DNA of 43,955 nt from NCBI RefSeq assembly GCF_001194135.2, contig NC_068985.1, forward strand, positions 66,834,653 to 66,878,607, written 5' to 3'. Source of the stretch: Octopus bimaculoides (lineage: Eukaryota). Positions 1 through 12,103 of the stretch are shown piece by piece (position 1 is the first letter of the stretch; each line of letters opens with the position of its first letter). The translations under genes were made by a program, and so were the position numbers. The notes under the pieces are model-generated. The model ran no database searches, was not told the origin of the DNA, and saw nothing but the letters and a program-made list of their open reading frames with translations.

Positions 1-40
<40 letters not shown>

Positions 41-339
41 CCACCCTGAATTTGAAAGCATATAAATATTCTATTACGTCGTATAGTTTAGGGATATTAA
101 ATGCACTTACTAGTAATCTACTGAATAAATTCTAGTTGTTACTGGTGACTATTCGGTGCTACATGCTTGTCACCTCATAGTCGTATTGCAATGTATTGAC
201 ATATACTTAACATTTGCTGTGGATTTTATTGAAACGCTTTGTACTCTGTTTATTATTATAGTTTTTATATAGGTTAATGTTGCTTTGTAAGCTTGAAAAT
301 TCAGTTCATCTCAATACAGTGAACGATATTCAATAGCCA

Positions 340-541
340 GGAGTGGCTGTGTGGTAAGTAGCTTGCCTACCATTCGCATGGTCCCAGGTTCAGTCCTATT
401 GCGTGAAACCATGGGCAAGTGTCTTCTACTATAGCCTCAGGTCGACTAACGCCTTGTGAGTGGATTTGGTGGAGGGAGACTGAAAAGAAGACCGTCGTAT
501 ACATGAATATGTTTGTGTTTCTAAGTTTGTCCCCCCAACGT
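340..541 (+). mobile_element. tRNA-derived SINE, 5' half (octopus-type family)
   Basis: GGAGTGGCTGTGTGGTAAG (A-box-like) ... CAGGTTCAGTCC (B-box-like) ... GGGCAAGTGTCTTCTACTATAGCC ... GTGAGTGGATTTGGT. Paralogous to copies at 39571 and 41294. Confidence 0.85.
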
Positions 542-605
542 CATATGTATTTATATATATACACACATATAAATAAAAATAAATAAATAGATATATACCT
601 ACGCT

Positions 606-639
<34 letters not shown>

Positions 640-2136
640 NNNNNNNNNNNNNNNNNNNNNNNNNNNNNNNNNNNNNNNNNNNNNNNNNNNNNNNNNNNNN
701 NNNNNNNNNNNNNNNNNNNNNNNNNNNNNNNNNNNNNNNNNNNNNNNNNNNNNNNNNNNNNNNNNNNNNNNNNNNNNNNNNNNNNNNNNNNNNNNNNNNN
801 NNNNNNNNNNNNNNNNNNNNNNNNNNNNNNNNNNNNNNNNNNNNNNNNNNNNNNNNNNNNNNNNNNNNNNNNNNNNNNNNNNNNNNNNNNNNNNNNNNNN
901 NNNNNNNNNNNNNNNNNNNNNNNNNNNNNNNNNNNNNNNNNNNNNNNNNNNNNNNNNNNNNNNNNNNNNNNNNNNNNNNNNNNNNNNNNNNNNNNNNNNN
1001 NNNNNNNNNNNNNNNNNNNNNNNNNNNNNNNNNNNNNNNNNNNNNNNNNNNNNNNNNNNNNNNNNNNNNNNNNNNNNNNNNNNNNNNNNNNNNNNNNNNN
1101 NNNNNNNNNNNNNNNNNNNNNNNNNNNNNNNNNNNNNNNNNNNNNNNNNNNNNNNNNNNNNNNNNNNNNNNNNNNNNNNNNNNNNNNNNNNNNNNNNNNN
1201 NNNNNNNNNNNNNNNNNNNNNNNNNNNNNNNNNNNNNNNNNNNNNNNNNNNNNNNNNNNNNNNNNNNNNNNNNNNNNNNNNNNNNNNNNNNNNNNNNNNN
1301 NNNNNNNNNNNNNNNNNNATAGATAGATATATATGTGTGCATACATATGTCTATATATATGTGTATCCATACTGGCGTGTGTATGCATGCGGTAATTTTT
1401 TGGAAGCTTCGTTAGAGGTAGAAAAAAAGGAAAAGAAAGACAGAAAGAAAGGAAGGAAAGTAGGAAGGAAGGGAGAAAGAAAGAATGTAAGAAAGGGGCC
1501 TTTTTATCTGGAATGGCTGTATCGTATTCTTATGGGCAGTTGAAATTACTGACATTTCAACATGTCAATTTTGTGTCAGCTATTGTTTTGAAAGCATCTC
1601 TCTCTTTCTCTATGTGCATGCATGGGTGTGTAATTATGTGTGTGGGAAATTTTTGAAGGTTTAAGCCTGTTATCACATTCCAACTCGGTTAGTGGTGCAG
1701 TAATAATACCTATAATTCAACTCACTGTTAATATGTACATCGCATTGTCCATGTAACGTGTAATTTAGGGTGATCAATTCAAAGAAAGATATAGAGAGAT
1801 AAAAGAAGTATTAATAAGGCTAGATCAATATTAATGTTGAGCCGCTTTAACCTCACCAGCAGTAAATGACACGAATTTATAATCTCAATATCACTGGATC
1901 CTGTAAAAGTTTTACTTGGTATCACTAAAACAATGTACTTGAAAGAATAGGACTGTACCCAACCACTTACATAACAGCTTAAGCCTCTGTTTTACTAATA
2001 ATATGTAACTTATCCACAAATCGAAGATGTCACTAATGATTTATAATGTTACGCCAAAACCGAACAAAGAACATGCGGTCGAAATACAGTCGATGATGTA
2101 TGCCATACAGGAAGCGCTTGAGGTAATTCCAAAGTG

Positions 2137-2790
2137 AACTTCTGTAAAGCTGATAGAAAAACACTTAAATTCTAGAATGTTAAGTAAAATTTAGCCTAAA
2201 GTCTCTCAGGAAAACAACGAAGAGAAACTAAAAGAAATTTACGCCAACAATGAAAGCCATGAAAATTGAATTTGTACCTGAGAGGAGCCAATGTAACAAA
2301 AATATTCCTTAGAGACAGGGAATTCCTTATTAGACGGAAAACGTTTTCAAACTGATTGAATAAACAACATAATGGTATTGGGATATGTTTCAAATATCGA
2401 AAATATACTCAGATAGTGGTATGGAAGAATAAGGGAGATAAGATAAACCAGTATGAATCATTCATTTGTGGATACAATATACCTCAAATTTGTTATCATT
2501 GATAAAGTTGATCAAGGAAAGGTGTTACAATTTTGATAAAATTATATTTGGAAAACTAGATAAGCGGTGTTATTGAATTAGTTATTAAAAGCTCGGGGTC
2601 AGGCAGCTGCAGTCAGAAGTATTCTCAGTGAGGAGATATATATTCGTAGCCAGTTCATCACAGACTACTCTTCGTTGGATTTACATGCACTCCGCTATAC
2701 AGTCAGTCGCTCTTACCAGCTATGCGGACGATACAAGTGCATCATAGATACTCAAAGACGCTGATGTATACAACTATAGTAAAGCCGGAA
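2137..2790 (+). mobile_element. Degenerate, internally deleted CR1-like LINE ORF2 fragment
   Basis: Frame-shifted translations: NFCKAD, EFVPERSQCNKNIP-RDREFLIRRK, IYLKFVIIDKVDQG (cf. YLDFAKAFDKVDH) and TSYADDT, with YADD at 2721-2732. Confidence 0.7.
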
Positions 2791-2894
2791 TGCAATATAC
2801 GAGAAGGAAACAACAAACATTCAATGTACACGCATTAGTCAGTGTGTTTCTGTGCATGCAGAAATCACGTTGGCCGTATGGAGAACGTTCTGTA

Positions 2895-3040
2895 TCAGTC
2901 ATGTAAACTGCTGATTTCACACTGGATTCCCTGCGACATCAAAAATAACAAAAATGCGCAAGGCATTCCAACGCTTTTATAGCTAAAATATTGCTTCAGT
3001 ATAACAAAGAAACTCTTGGGCGATATTAAAAGGAATATAA
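2895..3040 (+). mobile_element. Possible Penelope-like RT fragment
   Basis: WIPCDIKNNKNA...KYCFSITKKLL resembles the PLE RT segment W..IKNK...DI..FYPSIT..LL. Heavily decayed. Confidence 0.4.
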
Positions 3041-3093
3041 CTCTGCTTCCCCTGCTTCCTAAGAAAGAAGGCGCATGGTATATATAAATATAC

Positions 3094-3138
<45 letters not shown>

Positions 3139-3505
3139 NNNNNNNNNNNNNNNNNNNNNNNNNNNNNNNNNNNNNNNNNNNNNNNNNNNNNNNNNNNNNN
3201 NNNNNNNNNNNNNNNNNNNNNNNNNNNNNNNNNNNNNNNNNNNNNNNNNNNNNNNNNNNNNNNNNNNNNNNNNNNNNNNNNNNNNNNNNNNNNNNNNNNN
3301 NNNNNNNNNNNNNNNNNNNNNNNNNNNNNNNNNNNNNNNNNNNNNNNNNNNNNNNNNNNNNNNNNNNNNNNNNNNNNNNNNNNNNNNNNNNNNNNNNNNN
3401 NNNNNNNNNNNNNNNNNNNNNNNNNNNNNNNNNNNNNNNNNNNNNNNNNNNNNNNNNNNNNNNNNNNNNNNNNNNNNNNNNNNNNNNNNNNNNNNNNNNN
3501 NNNNN

Positions 3506-3546
<41 letters not shown>

Positions 3547-3551
3547 TATAT

Positions 3552-4764
3552 ATATATAATTGTTAAACAAAACAGCAAACATTAAGACATTAAGCCAAGG
3601 CAAACGTCTCAAGTCGTATAAATTATATGAAGAAAGAGAGACACACAGAGAATAAGAAATATGGAAAATGAGAATGGCATATACTAATAAGATGACAAGA
3701 TACATGAAGAGAGTAAAAGAGTAAGGAAATGGAAAGAAAGAATAAAGAGGAACATAAAAATTCATAGCTCAACTTTCCGAAGTTATAGAGCACAGAGAAT
3801 GAATCCTTAGGTGCAATCATGCGTAGGTCCATGACCACAAGTCCTTAGGTGCACTCATGCGTATATCCGTGTGGGTTAGAATTCTAATATAGTAGACTGC
3901 ATTAGAAAAAAACTAGAAAACATGAATTCTCTGCCAACTTTACCCTATCTATCTCTTTCGAAAAATTTTACAGGACATCAAATTTTCTACATGTTACTTT
4001 AGATTAAACTCTTCACTATACTTCTCATATCATAAACCCAATGAATACCTTAAGTACATCAACACAGAATCTAGCCACACATAAATCTACTTTCGAGAGC
4101 ATAATCAAAGGCATATCCATCAGAATATCCGATCTATCCGCCAACGAAGAAATCTTCAGTAACTACATCAACTGCTATAAACAAGCTCTAGTTGCTAGTG
4201 GTTTTCCCCAGAAGATTAGATTTATACAATTCTTGGATACCATACACTTATGCACCTTACTTTAACCTATAGCCAATCCTTAGAATCCCTCCGCCTCACT
4301 CTATTTATTTTCTTTTTAGTACTTTTACCACTTAATAACCAACTCCGCTACAATTCAGTTATTGAACGTTGATATGATCGCGTCTTTTTTCTTGCGATGT
4401 CTACTATATCAGGATTTTAACCCACATGGACATACGAAGGATAGGACCAAAGGAATTACGCTCATGGATCTACGCATGATTGCACCTAAGGATTCATACT
4501 CTGGTTTCTATAACTTCGGAAAGTTGATCTATGAACTTTTATGCTTCTTTTTCGTCTTTCTTTCCATCTCCTTATTCTTTTGCACCCTCCCTCTATCTCG
4601 TCATCTTATTAATATGTCATTCTCATTTTCCATATTTCTTTTACCCTATTTCTCGAGGATATCCCACAAATAGCATTTTGAATTTCTCCCAATAATAATA
4701 TAGTATACGACTTCAGATGTTTGCCTTGCCTTAATGTTTGCTGTACTGATTAACAATTATATAT
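3552..4764 (+). mobile_element. Penelope-like element relic: RT C-terminal/thumb fragment (~3900-4240) between inverted repeats (~3552-3912 and ~4384-4764)
   Basis: Translation NFLHVTLD..SYHKPNEYLKYINTESSH..ESIIKGISIRISDLSANEEIFSNYINCYKQALVASGFPQKI is typical of the PLE RT thumb. The arms are imperfect reverse complements, e.g. CAACTTTCCGAAGTTATAG...TGAATCCTTAGGTGCAATCATGCGTAG is shared. Confidence 0.8.
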
Positions 4765-4900
4765 TCACTGCATCGGAAAAATGTGCCATGGCTTCATACC
4801 TACCGCTACGGCTATAACCTTGGAGCCCTAGAAGTCCGTTACATCACTAGCCTAGCCTACCTTATCGTTTAGGTTACCTGTGAACTAAACCCCAATACTT

Positions 4901-4933
<33 letters not shown>

Positions 4934-5777
4934 NNNNNNNNNNNNNNNNNNNNNNNNNNNNNNNNNNNNNNNNNNNNNNNNNNNNNNNNNNNNNNNNNNN
5001 NNNNNNNNNNNNNNNNNNNNNNNNNNNNNNNNNNNNNNNNNNNNNNNNNNNNNNNNNNNNNNNNNNNNNNNNNNNNNNNNNNNNNNNNNNNNNNNNNNNN
5101 NNNNNNNNNNNNNNNNNNNNNNNNNNNNNNNNNNNNNNNNNNNNNNNNNNNNNNNNNNNNNNNNNNNNNNNNNNNNNNNNNNNNNNNNNNNNNNNNNNNN
5201 NNNNNNNNNNNNNNNNNNNNNNNNNNNNNNNNNNNNNNNNNNNNNNNNNNNNNNNNNNNNNNNNNNNNNNNNNNNNNNNNNNNNNNNNNNNNNNNNNNNN
5301 NNNNNNNNNNNNNNNNNNNNNNNNNNNNNNNNNNNNNNNNNNNNNNNNNNNNNNNNNNNNNNNNNNNNNNNNNNNNNNNNNNNNNNNNNNNNNNNNNNNN
5401 NNNNNNNNNNNNNNNNNNNNNNNNNNNNNNNNNNNNNNNNNNNNNNNNNNNNNNNNNNNNNNNNNNNNNNNNNNNNNNNNNNNNNNNNNNNNNNNNNNNN
5501 NNNNNNNNNNNNNNNNNNNNNNNNNNNNNNNNNNNNNNNNNNNNNNNNNNNNNNATGATCTGTAGCAGGAACGGATCCGGATTTCAGGGTTATTTCCCTT
5601 CGTCGGCGTTCGACAGTCACTGACCTTGGTGAGAGAGACAAAAACCTGGCAATCTTATATCTACTTTTCCAGTTAAATTCTTCACTGATATCGAAAAGGT
5701 GAAAACAAGCAATGTTAATTCTCTAAATGAAGTATTAACAGTAACTGCACGATAAAGTGTGGCTGACCCCTAGGGGT

Positions 5778-5850
5778 GGATGTTACTGTTGCTTTTAGCC
5801 CCAGGAGGACATCTCCTCCAGCTGGCTTATCGACGCACGACTGTGTCCTG
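5778..5850. repeat. Dispersed short repeat (second copy ~8727-8800)
   Basis: TGTTACT-TT-CTTTTAGCCCCAGGA--ACATCT--TCCAGCTGG is shared by both copies. Confidence 0.65.
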
Positions 5851-5904
5851 TTTGCCAAGGGACACCATGATATATATATATGCATGTGTTTGTATATGTT
5901 TGTG

Positions 5905-6093
5905 TGTCTGTGTTTGTCCCTTCACCATCGCTTGACAACCGATGCTGGTGTGTTTACGTCCCCGTAACTTAGCGGTTCTGCAAAAGAGACCGATAGAATA
6001 CGTACTAGGCTTACAAAGAATAAGTCCTACGGTCGATTAGCTCGACTAAAGGCGGTGCTCCACCATGCCCAAAGTCAAATGACTGAAACATGT

Positions 6094-6095
<2 letters not shown>
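5905..6095 (+). mobile_element. SINE 3' half (octopus-type) ending in a (GA)n tract at 6096-6183
   Basis: ACAACCGATGCTGGTGTGTTTACGTCCCCGTAACTTAGCGG...AAAGAGACCGATAGAATA...CAAATGACTGAAACA. Reverse-complement paralog at 35231-35370. Confidence 0.85.
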
Positions 6096-6174
<79 letters not shown>

Positions 6175-6980
6175 GAGAGAGAGCAAAGAGTATATATATG
6201 TGTTGCAAGAATAAAGATACACATCTTAAAAGTACAGAATGGAGTAAATAGGGAAATAACACACACGAAGACCAAAAGTATCACTGAAGTAGTTACAGTT
6301 GTGTGACGTAAGATTTCCGGACAATGGACATGAATTAAGATAATAAAATAAGAACAGTAATAAAGGAATGAACAAAAACATATAGTGCTTGTGTTTATTT
6401 GGCAAACAATGTCCATCCCCAAATACAGCAATACATACACGCACTTACATACACATCTTTCTTTCTCTCTTTGATTCATCAGCCCCTCACTATCACATTA
6501 GCTAGTACAATAAATACCTACGTCCATTTTTACCTCTAGCCAGTAAAGATTTTACCTACGTCCATTTTTAGAAACCATTATATCTTATTATTCTTTCCAT
6601 ACCTTTTGACGTTTACTACTCACTTTAGTGCACTCCAATTACCGTTTTCTTCACCTATCTCCCCAACTTAGTACATTTCAAACATATCACTCCATCTCCA
6701 CTTCTCACATATATTCCTTCCTTACATTCTAAGCTCTTCCTTCTACTCCTCCCCTATGTCTTTTATCCTGATAGATCCCGTCTCCTATACCTCTCACAAT
6801 ATCTTGACCACCATCTAGCACTCCATTTTTTCTTCTTTTTTCGTTATTGTACCCTCCCCTTTTCCTTTTGACTAATACCATTCTCCTCCTAACATACATT
6901 CATATCTATTCTATTCTCTCTATGTACTTACAGCTACCATTAAATTCTCAAAATGTCCCTGTAGTTAAATCTCTCATATC

Positions 6981-7028
6981 GTCTCTGATGAAGAGATATC
7001 CCTAATATCCCAAAAACAGTTGAAAGAC
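6981..7028 (+). ncRNA. Degenerate minimal type I hammerhead ribozyme in a probable PLE terminal repeat (~6550-7080)
   Basis: GTCT-CTGATGA-AGAGATAT..ATATCCCA-AAAA-CAGTTG-AA-AGAC. The CUGAUGA box and stem I (GUCU/AGAC) are perfect, but G12 and U16.1 are mutated. Homologous to 33921-33970. Confidence 0.55.
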
Positions 7029-7853
7029 TACCTTTCTCTTTACAAATGTCCTTTAAAATTCCTTACAACTTTAGTTTTGCTGTCCCATTTATTTAATATA
7101 TATATGTATATGCCAATAGAGAATGAGTCGGTTTCTAAGCAAGATCCAAGGCTCCTTCATTGGAATTTCAGCAACTCCAACAGGATATTATTGCATGTAT
7201 GAGTGTATATGTGCAGTATTTGGAGTCAGTGCTTGTGTAGAATTGTATATTTTGTTTCCTGTATTTATTCTCATGCATATAGTTGCATGTCTAGATATTC
7301 ATATATACACTTAAATGATAAACCCCTGGAACGTTTTACAAATCATTTACAGTTTCACTAATGACTTCGAACTGTAGTTTTCGAATCAGCTTTCTCCTTT
7401 CTGGTTTTGATACGCCTAATGTCTCAAGACTGATACGTAGGCAATGTGTTACATATCACACTGCGCCAATAATCACAGGTATTCATAGGTTTAGCGCCCA
7501 AAGGTTTTTAATAACTTACACCACTAAAAAGAAAGAAAGAAAGAACAGGGAATGAAAACTCAGAAAACTTCGAAGCGTTAATATGTAAAAGTTAAAAAGA
7601 TCTTAGCCAAAATTAATGTGAGTTACCAGGTGAAGCTATATAAACACAAGAAGTGCAAATAACAGTTGTTCTGTTGACCCCACTGTGGTACTCACTGGTT
7701 CACGAAAACAAAATAAAGAGGATGGCTAGTGAAAGTTAAATGAAATAAACTAGCAATGAAACGGTGGTACTCAAGCATGGCAACAGACATTGACTAAAAC
7801 AAGTAAAAGTAATATATACATGCACACACACATATATACGCATACACTCATAA

Positions 7854-7897
<44 letters not shown>

Positions 7898-8321
7898 CAT
7901 ATGTATATATATATATATATATATATANNNNNNNNNNNNNNNNNNNNNNNNNNNNNNNNNNNNNNNNNNNNNNNNNNNNNNNNNNNNNNNNNNNNNNNNN
8001 NNNNNNNNNNNNNNNNNNNNNNNNNNNNNNNNNNNNNNNNNNNNNNNNNNNNNNNNNNNNNNNNNNNNNNNNNNNNNNNNNNNNNNNNNNNNNNNNNNNN
8101 NNNNNNNNNNNNNNNNNNNNNNNNNNNNNNNNNNNNNNNNNNNNNNNNNNNNNNNNNNNNNNNNNNNNNNNNNNNNNNNNNNNNNNNNNNNNNNNNNNNN
8201 NNNNNNNNNNNNNNNNNNNNNNNNNNNNNNNNNNNNNNNNNNNNNNNNNNNNNNNNNNNNNNNNNNNNNNNNNNNNNNNNNNNNNNNNNNNNNNNNNNNN
8301 NNNNNNNNNNNNNNNNNNNNN

Positions 8322-8551
8322 TGATACTCACACATCTAGGTTTCTGGGTGTTATCCGTTCTTAGTGTGCAAATAAATTAATTTGCCATCTGTACTTCATA
8401 AGTGAGGTCGCTAAAATTAATGCATATTAATGCAGCAAATAGCACATCTGTGTCCGTATATAGTATTTGCAAGGGTGGCCATCGCTCTCATCTCTAGCCT
8501 TAAGTGATACTCACACATCTAGGTTTCTGGGTGTTATCCGTTCTTAGTGTG
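8322..8551. repeat. Perfect 47-bp direct repeat (8322-8368, 8505-8551)
   Basis: TGATACTCACACATCTAGGTTTCTGGGTGTTATCCGTTCTTAGTGTG occurs twice; the left copy abuts an N gap. Confidence 0.9.
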
Positions 8552-9190
8552 AGACAATCCACAGCTAGTGACGAAAGCTATCTCCACTCGCAAATACTAT
8601 ATATTCTTTAAGCGACACACAGTCGCTGATCTCGTATCAAGAAAAACAACGTTTCAAATCTCCAAATACAGTAACAGTACCAGATAGTAATGTTTATATG
8701 CCAACATAACGTGGCAGTCCTGTAACGGACGCTGTTACTTTTCTTTTAGCCCCAGGAAAACATCTTTTCCAGCTGGATAACCACAAACATTCCGTGTCCG
8801 TATATGTGAAGGGTGGGGTGCATATGTGTATATGTATGTGTGTTAGAGGGTGTGTAAGTATACATAAATACATGATAAATTATAAGACAAAGTTAAGTCA
8901 TCTAATTAGGTGGACTGATGCATAGAATACTAGTAGAAATGTGGAGATGCACCTGAACCTTAGCGGAATTAGAAAATTAAGTTAAACTACAATGGATACC
9001 TGACTATAACTAGAAAGAGACCGTACCTATAATTTAAAGAAAATGATCACTGTAGAAATGGGTCACTTAGAACCCCAAATTATCCATTAATAGGAGGTAA
9101 CCACTAATAGTGCAAACCAACCCTAGGTTGCGACACTATAATCTGTGCAGCCTTTAACTGTAGATTGTATAAGTGCCAATATAGGATTAT

Positions 9191-9261
<71 letters not shown>

Positions 9262-9291
9262 ATAATAATAATAATAAGAAGAAGAAGAATA
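9191..9291. repeat. Compound microsatellite (TAC)n(TAA)n(GAA)n
   Basis: Read directly; it explains the poly-L and poly-S pseudo-ORFs. Confidence 0.95.
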
Positions 9292-10269
9292 ACTATAACA
9301 AAAATATTAGTAGGAGAAGAGTTGGTGAGCACACACAGTAGTAAGGATGGAAGAAGAGCATATAGATAGAATTGTAATAAAGATGTAAGCGGCGGCTGGG
9401 AATCTGCCACCCAGACCTAGGAACAATTCAGTATAGATTGGATGAATAAGAGAAACGGAACGGGTAATATAGTACAGTACAATACAGCCAATTGCTAGAA
9501 CTCTAAACAGGATATAAGTGCATGACTCTACCATAATAAGGATAGATATGAAATTAAAATAGGAACTGGGAATAAGATAACAAACTGAGGAGTTTAGTAA
9601 GAAGAGATGAGGTTCAAATCTTAGTATAAAACCCGTGGAAGATAATGATAATAGCAAAGAATGATAATATATTGAAATATTACTGAATATATCAGTGAAG
9701 GAGCTTGAAAAGATTCCTAGGAGCAAGGATTTCTGGAGGGAGTTCCCTTAGCCCAATAAGGAGACACAGTAATAATATAAAATAGAATAATAGCAATGAT
9801 AACCTCCCAGGGGCAACAAAAATAATCTACCTATCGGGGATAATCACCAAAATAAAGAAACATCGAAAAATAAATTAATAATTAAATAAATAAATACATA
9901 AATAAATAAATAAAATAAATTAATCTAGTAGACATTCACAGGAGAGCGATAGCAATTGGAAAGATTAAGGAGTTACCTCTCCTGAATATAGTAAACAAAA
10001 TAAATGAAAGCAGCATGGCGGAGTTATAGTCAAGTATTTTGATAATCTGTTATGATCGTTAATTGTGTTAATTGTGTTTTTTCGTAATTTGTTCTGATGG
10101 AAGCCATTCCTGAGGAAGTGCCAAACGTCAGACATCCAACGGATCAGTCGCTGGATAGAGTTGGTCACAAAAATGTTGACATCGAATGGTAAATAATTAA
10201 ATAAATGGAATATAAATCGGTCTTGTTGTGAGTCTCTACATTTTTAAACATACAAATTTGAAACCTTGG

Positions 10270-10312
<43 letters not shown>

Positions 10313-11084
10313 NNNNNNNNNNNNNNNNNNNNNNNNNNNNNNNNNNNNNNNNNNNNNNNNNNNNNNNNNNNNNNNNNNNNNNNNNNNNNNNNNNNNNNNN
10401 NNNNNNNNNNNNNNNNNNNNNNNNNNNNNNNNNNNNNNNNNNNNNNNNNNNNNNNNNNNNNNNNNNNNNNNNNNNNNNNNNNNNNNNNNNNNNNNNNNNN
10501 NNNNNNNNNNNNNNNNNNNNNNNNNNNNNNNNNNNNNNNNNNNNNNNNNNNNNNNNNNNNNNNNNNNNNNNNNNNNNNNNNNNNNNNNNNNNNNNNNNNN
10601 NNNNNNNNNNNNNNNNNNNNNNNNNNNNNNNNNNNNNNNNNNNNNNNNNNNNNNNNNNNNNNNNNNNNNNNNNNNNNNNNNNNNNNNNNNNNNNNNNNNN
10701 NNNNNNNNNNNNNNNNNNNNNNNNNNNNNNNNNNNNNNNNNNNNNNNNNNNNNNNNNNNNNNNNNNNNNNNNNNNNNNNNNNNNNNNNNNNNNNNNNNNN
10801 NNNNNNNNNNNNNNNNNNNNNNNNNNNNNNNNNNNNNNNNNNNNNNNNNNNNNNNNNNNNNNNNNNNNNNNNNNNNNNNNNNNNNNNNNNNNNNNNNNNN
10901 NNNNNNNNNNNNNNNNNNNNNNNNNNNNNNNNNNNNNNNNNNNNNNNNNNNNNNNNNNNNNNNNNNNNNNNNNNNNNNNNNNNNNNNNNNNNNNNNNNNN
11001 NNNNNNNNNNNNNNNNNNNNNNNNNNNNNNNNNNNNNNNNNNNNNNNNNNNNNNNNNNNNNNNNNNNNNNNNNNNNNNNNNNNN

Positions 11085-11756
11085 GGTGGAATCGCCACCA
11101 AAAACACAAAAAAAAAGAAGAAAGGAAAAAAGAAGATAGGAGATGAGATAGAAGATACAGACATTAGAACTCAAGAAGTAGAGCAAGCAGCGAGTGAAGT
11201 AATTGAAGCCCAAAGGAAGAAACAAATGACCGAGTGGATAGATAAAGTGATAGAACGTATGGAATATTGTGAAAATGTAGAAAGACCCAGGCGACAGAAT
11301 TTGAGAAGGCTGGTGTTCCATGATAAAGGAACGGAGATAGAAAAACATTAGCTAAGATGAAAGGACTGGTGAGACCGAAAGGGGTAAAAATACGTTCAGT
11401 CCAGAGGAAAAAGCAGTGTTGATGGAGAAAGAAAGGATGGAAAAATTGAGAGTCCTTTCCGGACAATGGGAGAAAGTCGAAGGTATATGTGCGTTACGAA
11501 AGTCTACCAAACGTGGTAGATTTGACTCAACTAACGGAGTTCATAACGGACGAATTTTTCTTAAGATTAAATAACTCTATACAAGAACAGTAAAATAGAA
11601 CGGCGAGCTTTGGGGGTCTCGTAAACCATTACATCTTCTCATTATAAATATCACATTACATACTCATCATTCGTTATATGTACCCCACGTTTTGTGTTGT
11701 CTGTCCTTGTGGTGTCCATTCTTTGTAAGGGCTATATGCCCTGTAATAAAGAGAAT
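11085..11756 (+). pseudogene. Unit 1: 3' part of Gag-like ORF (stop 11591-11593) plus 3' UTR; 5' part lost in the gap
   Basis: VESPPKT..KKKKGKKK..TEWIDKVIERMEYCENVERPRRQNLRRLVFHDKG..KVYVRYESLPNVVDLTQLTEF, frameshifted. AATAAA at 11745-11750. Confidence 0.7.
11643..11750 (+). promoter_or_regulatory. Conserved TATA-like/Inr-like/AATAAA module in the 3' UTR (paralog 13543-13644)
   Basis: TATAAAT at 11643 and 13543; TCATTC at 11667 and 13563; a 63-nt core 61/63 identical (11664-11726 vs 13560-13622). Promoter function is inferred only. Confidence 0.4.
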
Positions 11757-12103
11757 AGTTGAGCAGACCTCTTCAGAATGGTGAGTTGTGAACATTGATT
11801 TTTGAAACTGTTATTGAAATTGTTGATATTGTCGTTGGAATCGATGTTTGAACTATTGTTGAATTTGTTTTTCCTACCCATTGTTGGACATGGAAACTGG
11901 CAGCTATGCTGCGGTGGCGGGCAAAGGCCCGGCACCCAACATATTGCATCTAAGGGAAGTTGAGACGGAAGGAAGAGATTTTAAGGAATACAAGGACTAA
12001 TTGTGAAGGTGGGAGACTGCCTCTCTTTAACACCACCAGCCAACGTGTTGTCTGTCCTTGTGGTGTCCATTCTTGTAAGGGCTATATGCCTGTAATAAAG
12101 ATA
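11757..12103 (+). pseudogene. Unit 2: 5' UTR plus ORF start (ATG 11890, METGSYAAVAGKG), broken at ~12044 and followed by a ~59-nt 3'-end segment
   Basis: 12045-12103 matches the unit 1 3' end (11694-11756) except two homopolymer indels and the last bases. AATAAA at 12094-12099. Confidence 0.7.

Noticed and set aside
340-420. tRNA-like A/B boxes in SINE heads
   Set aside because: No cloverleaf; these are SINE promoters, not tRNA genes.
9310-9750. Possible RLE-type LINE remnant (NISVKELEK)
   Set aside because: Only one short motif; too decayed to call.
10110-10135. CTGAGGA-AGTGCC-AAACGTCAG hammerhead-like string
   Set aside because: G12 is missing, there is no room for stem II, and stem I is mismatched.
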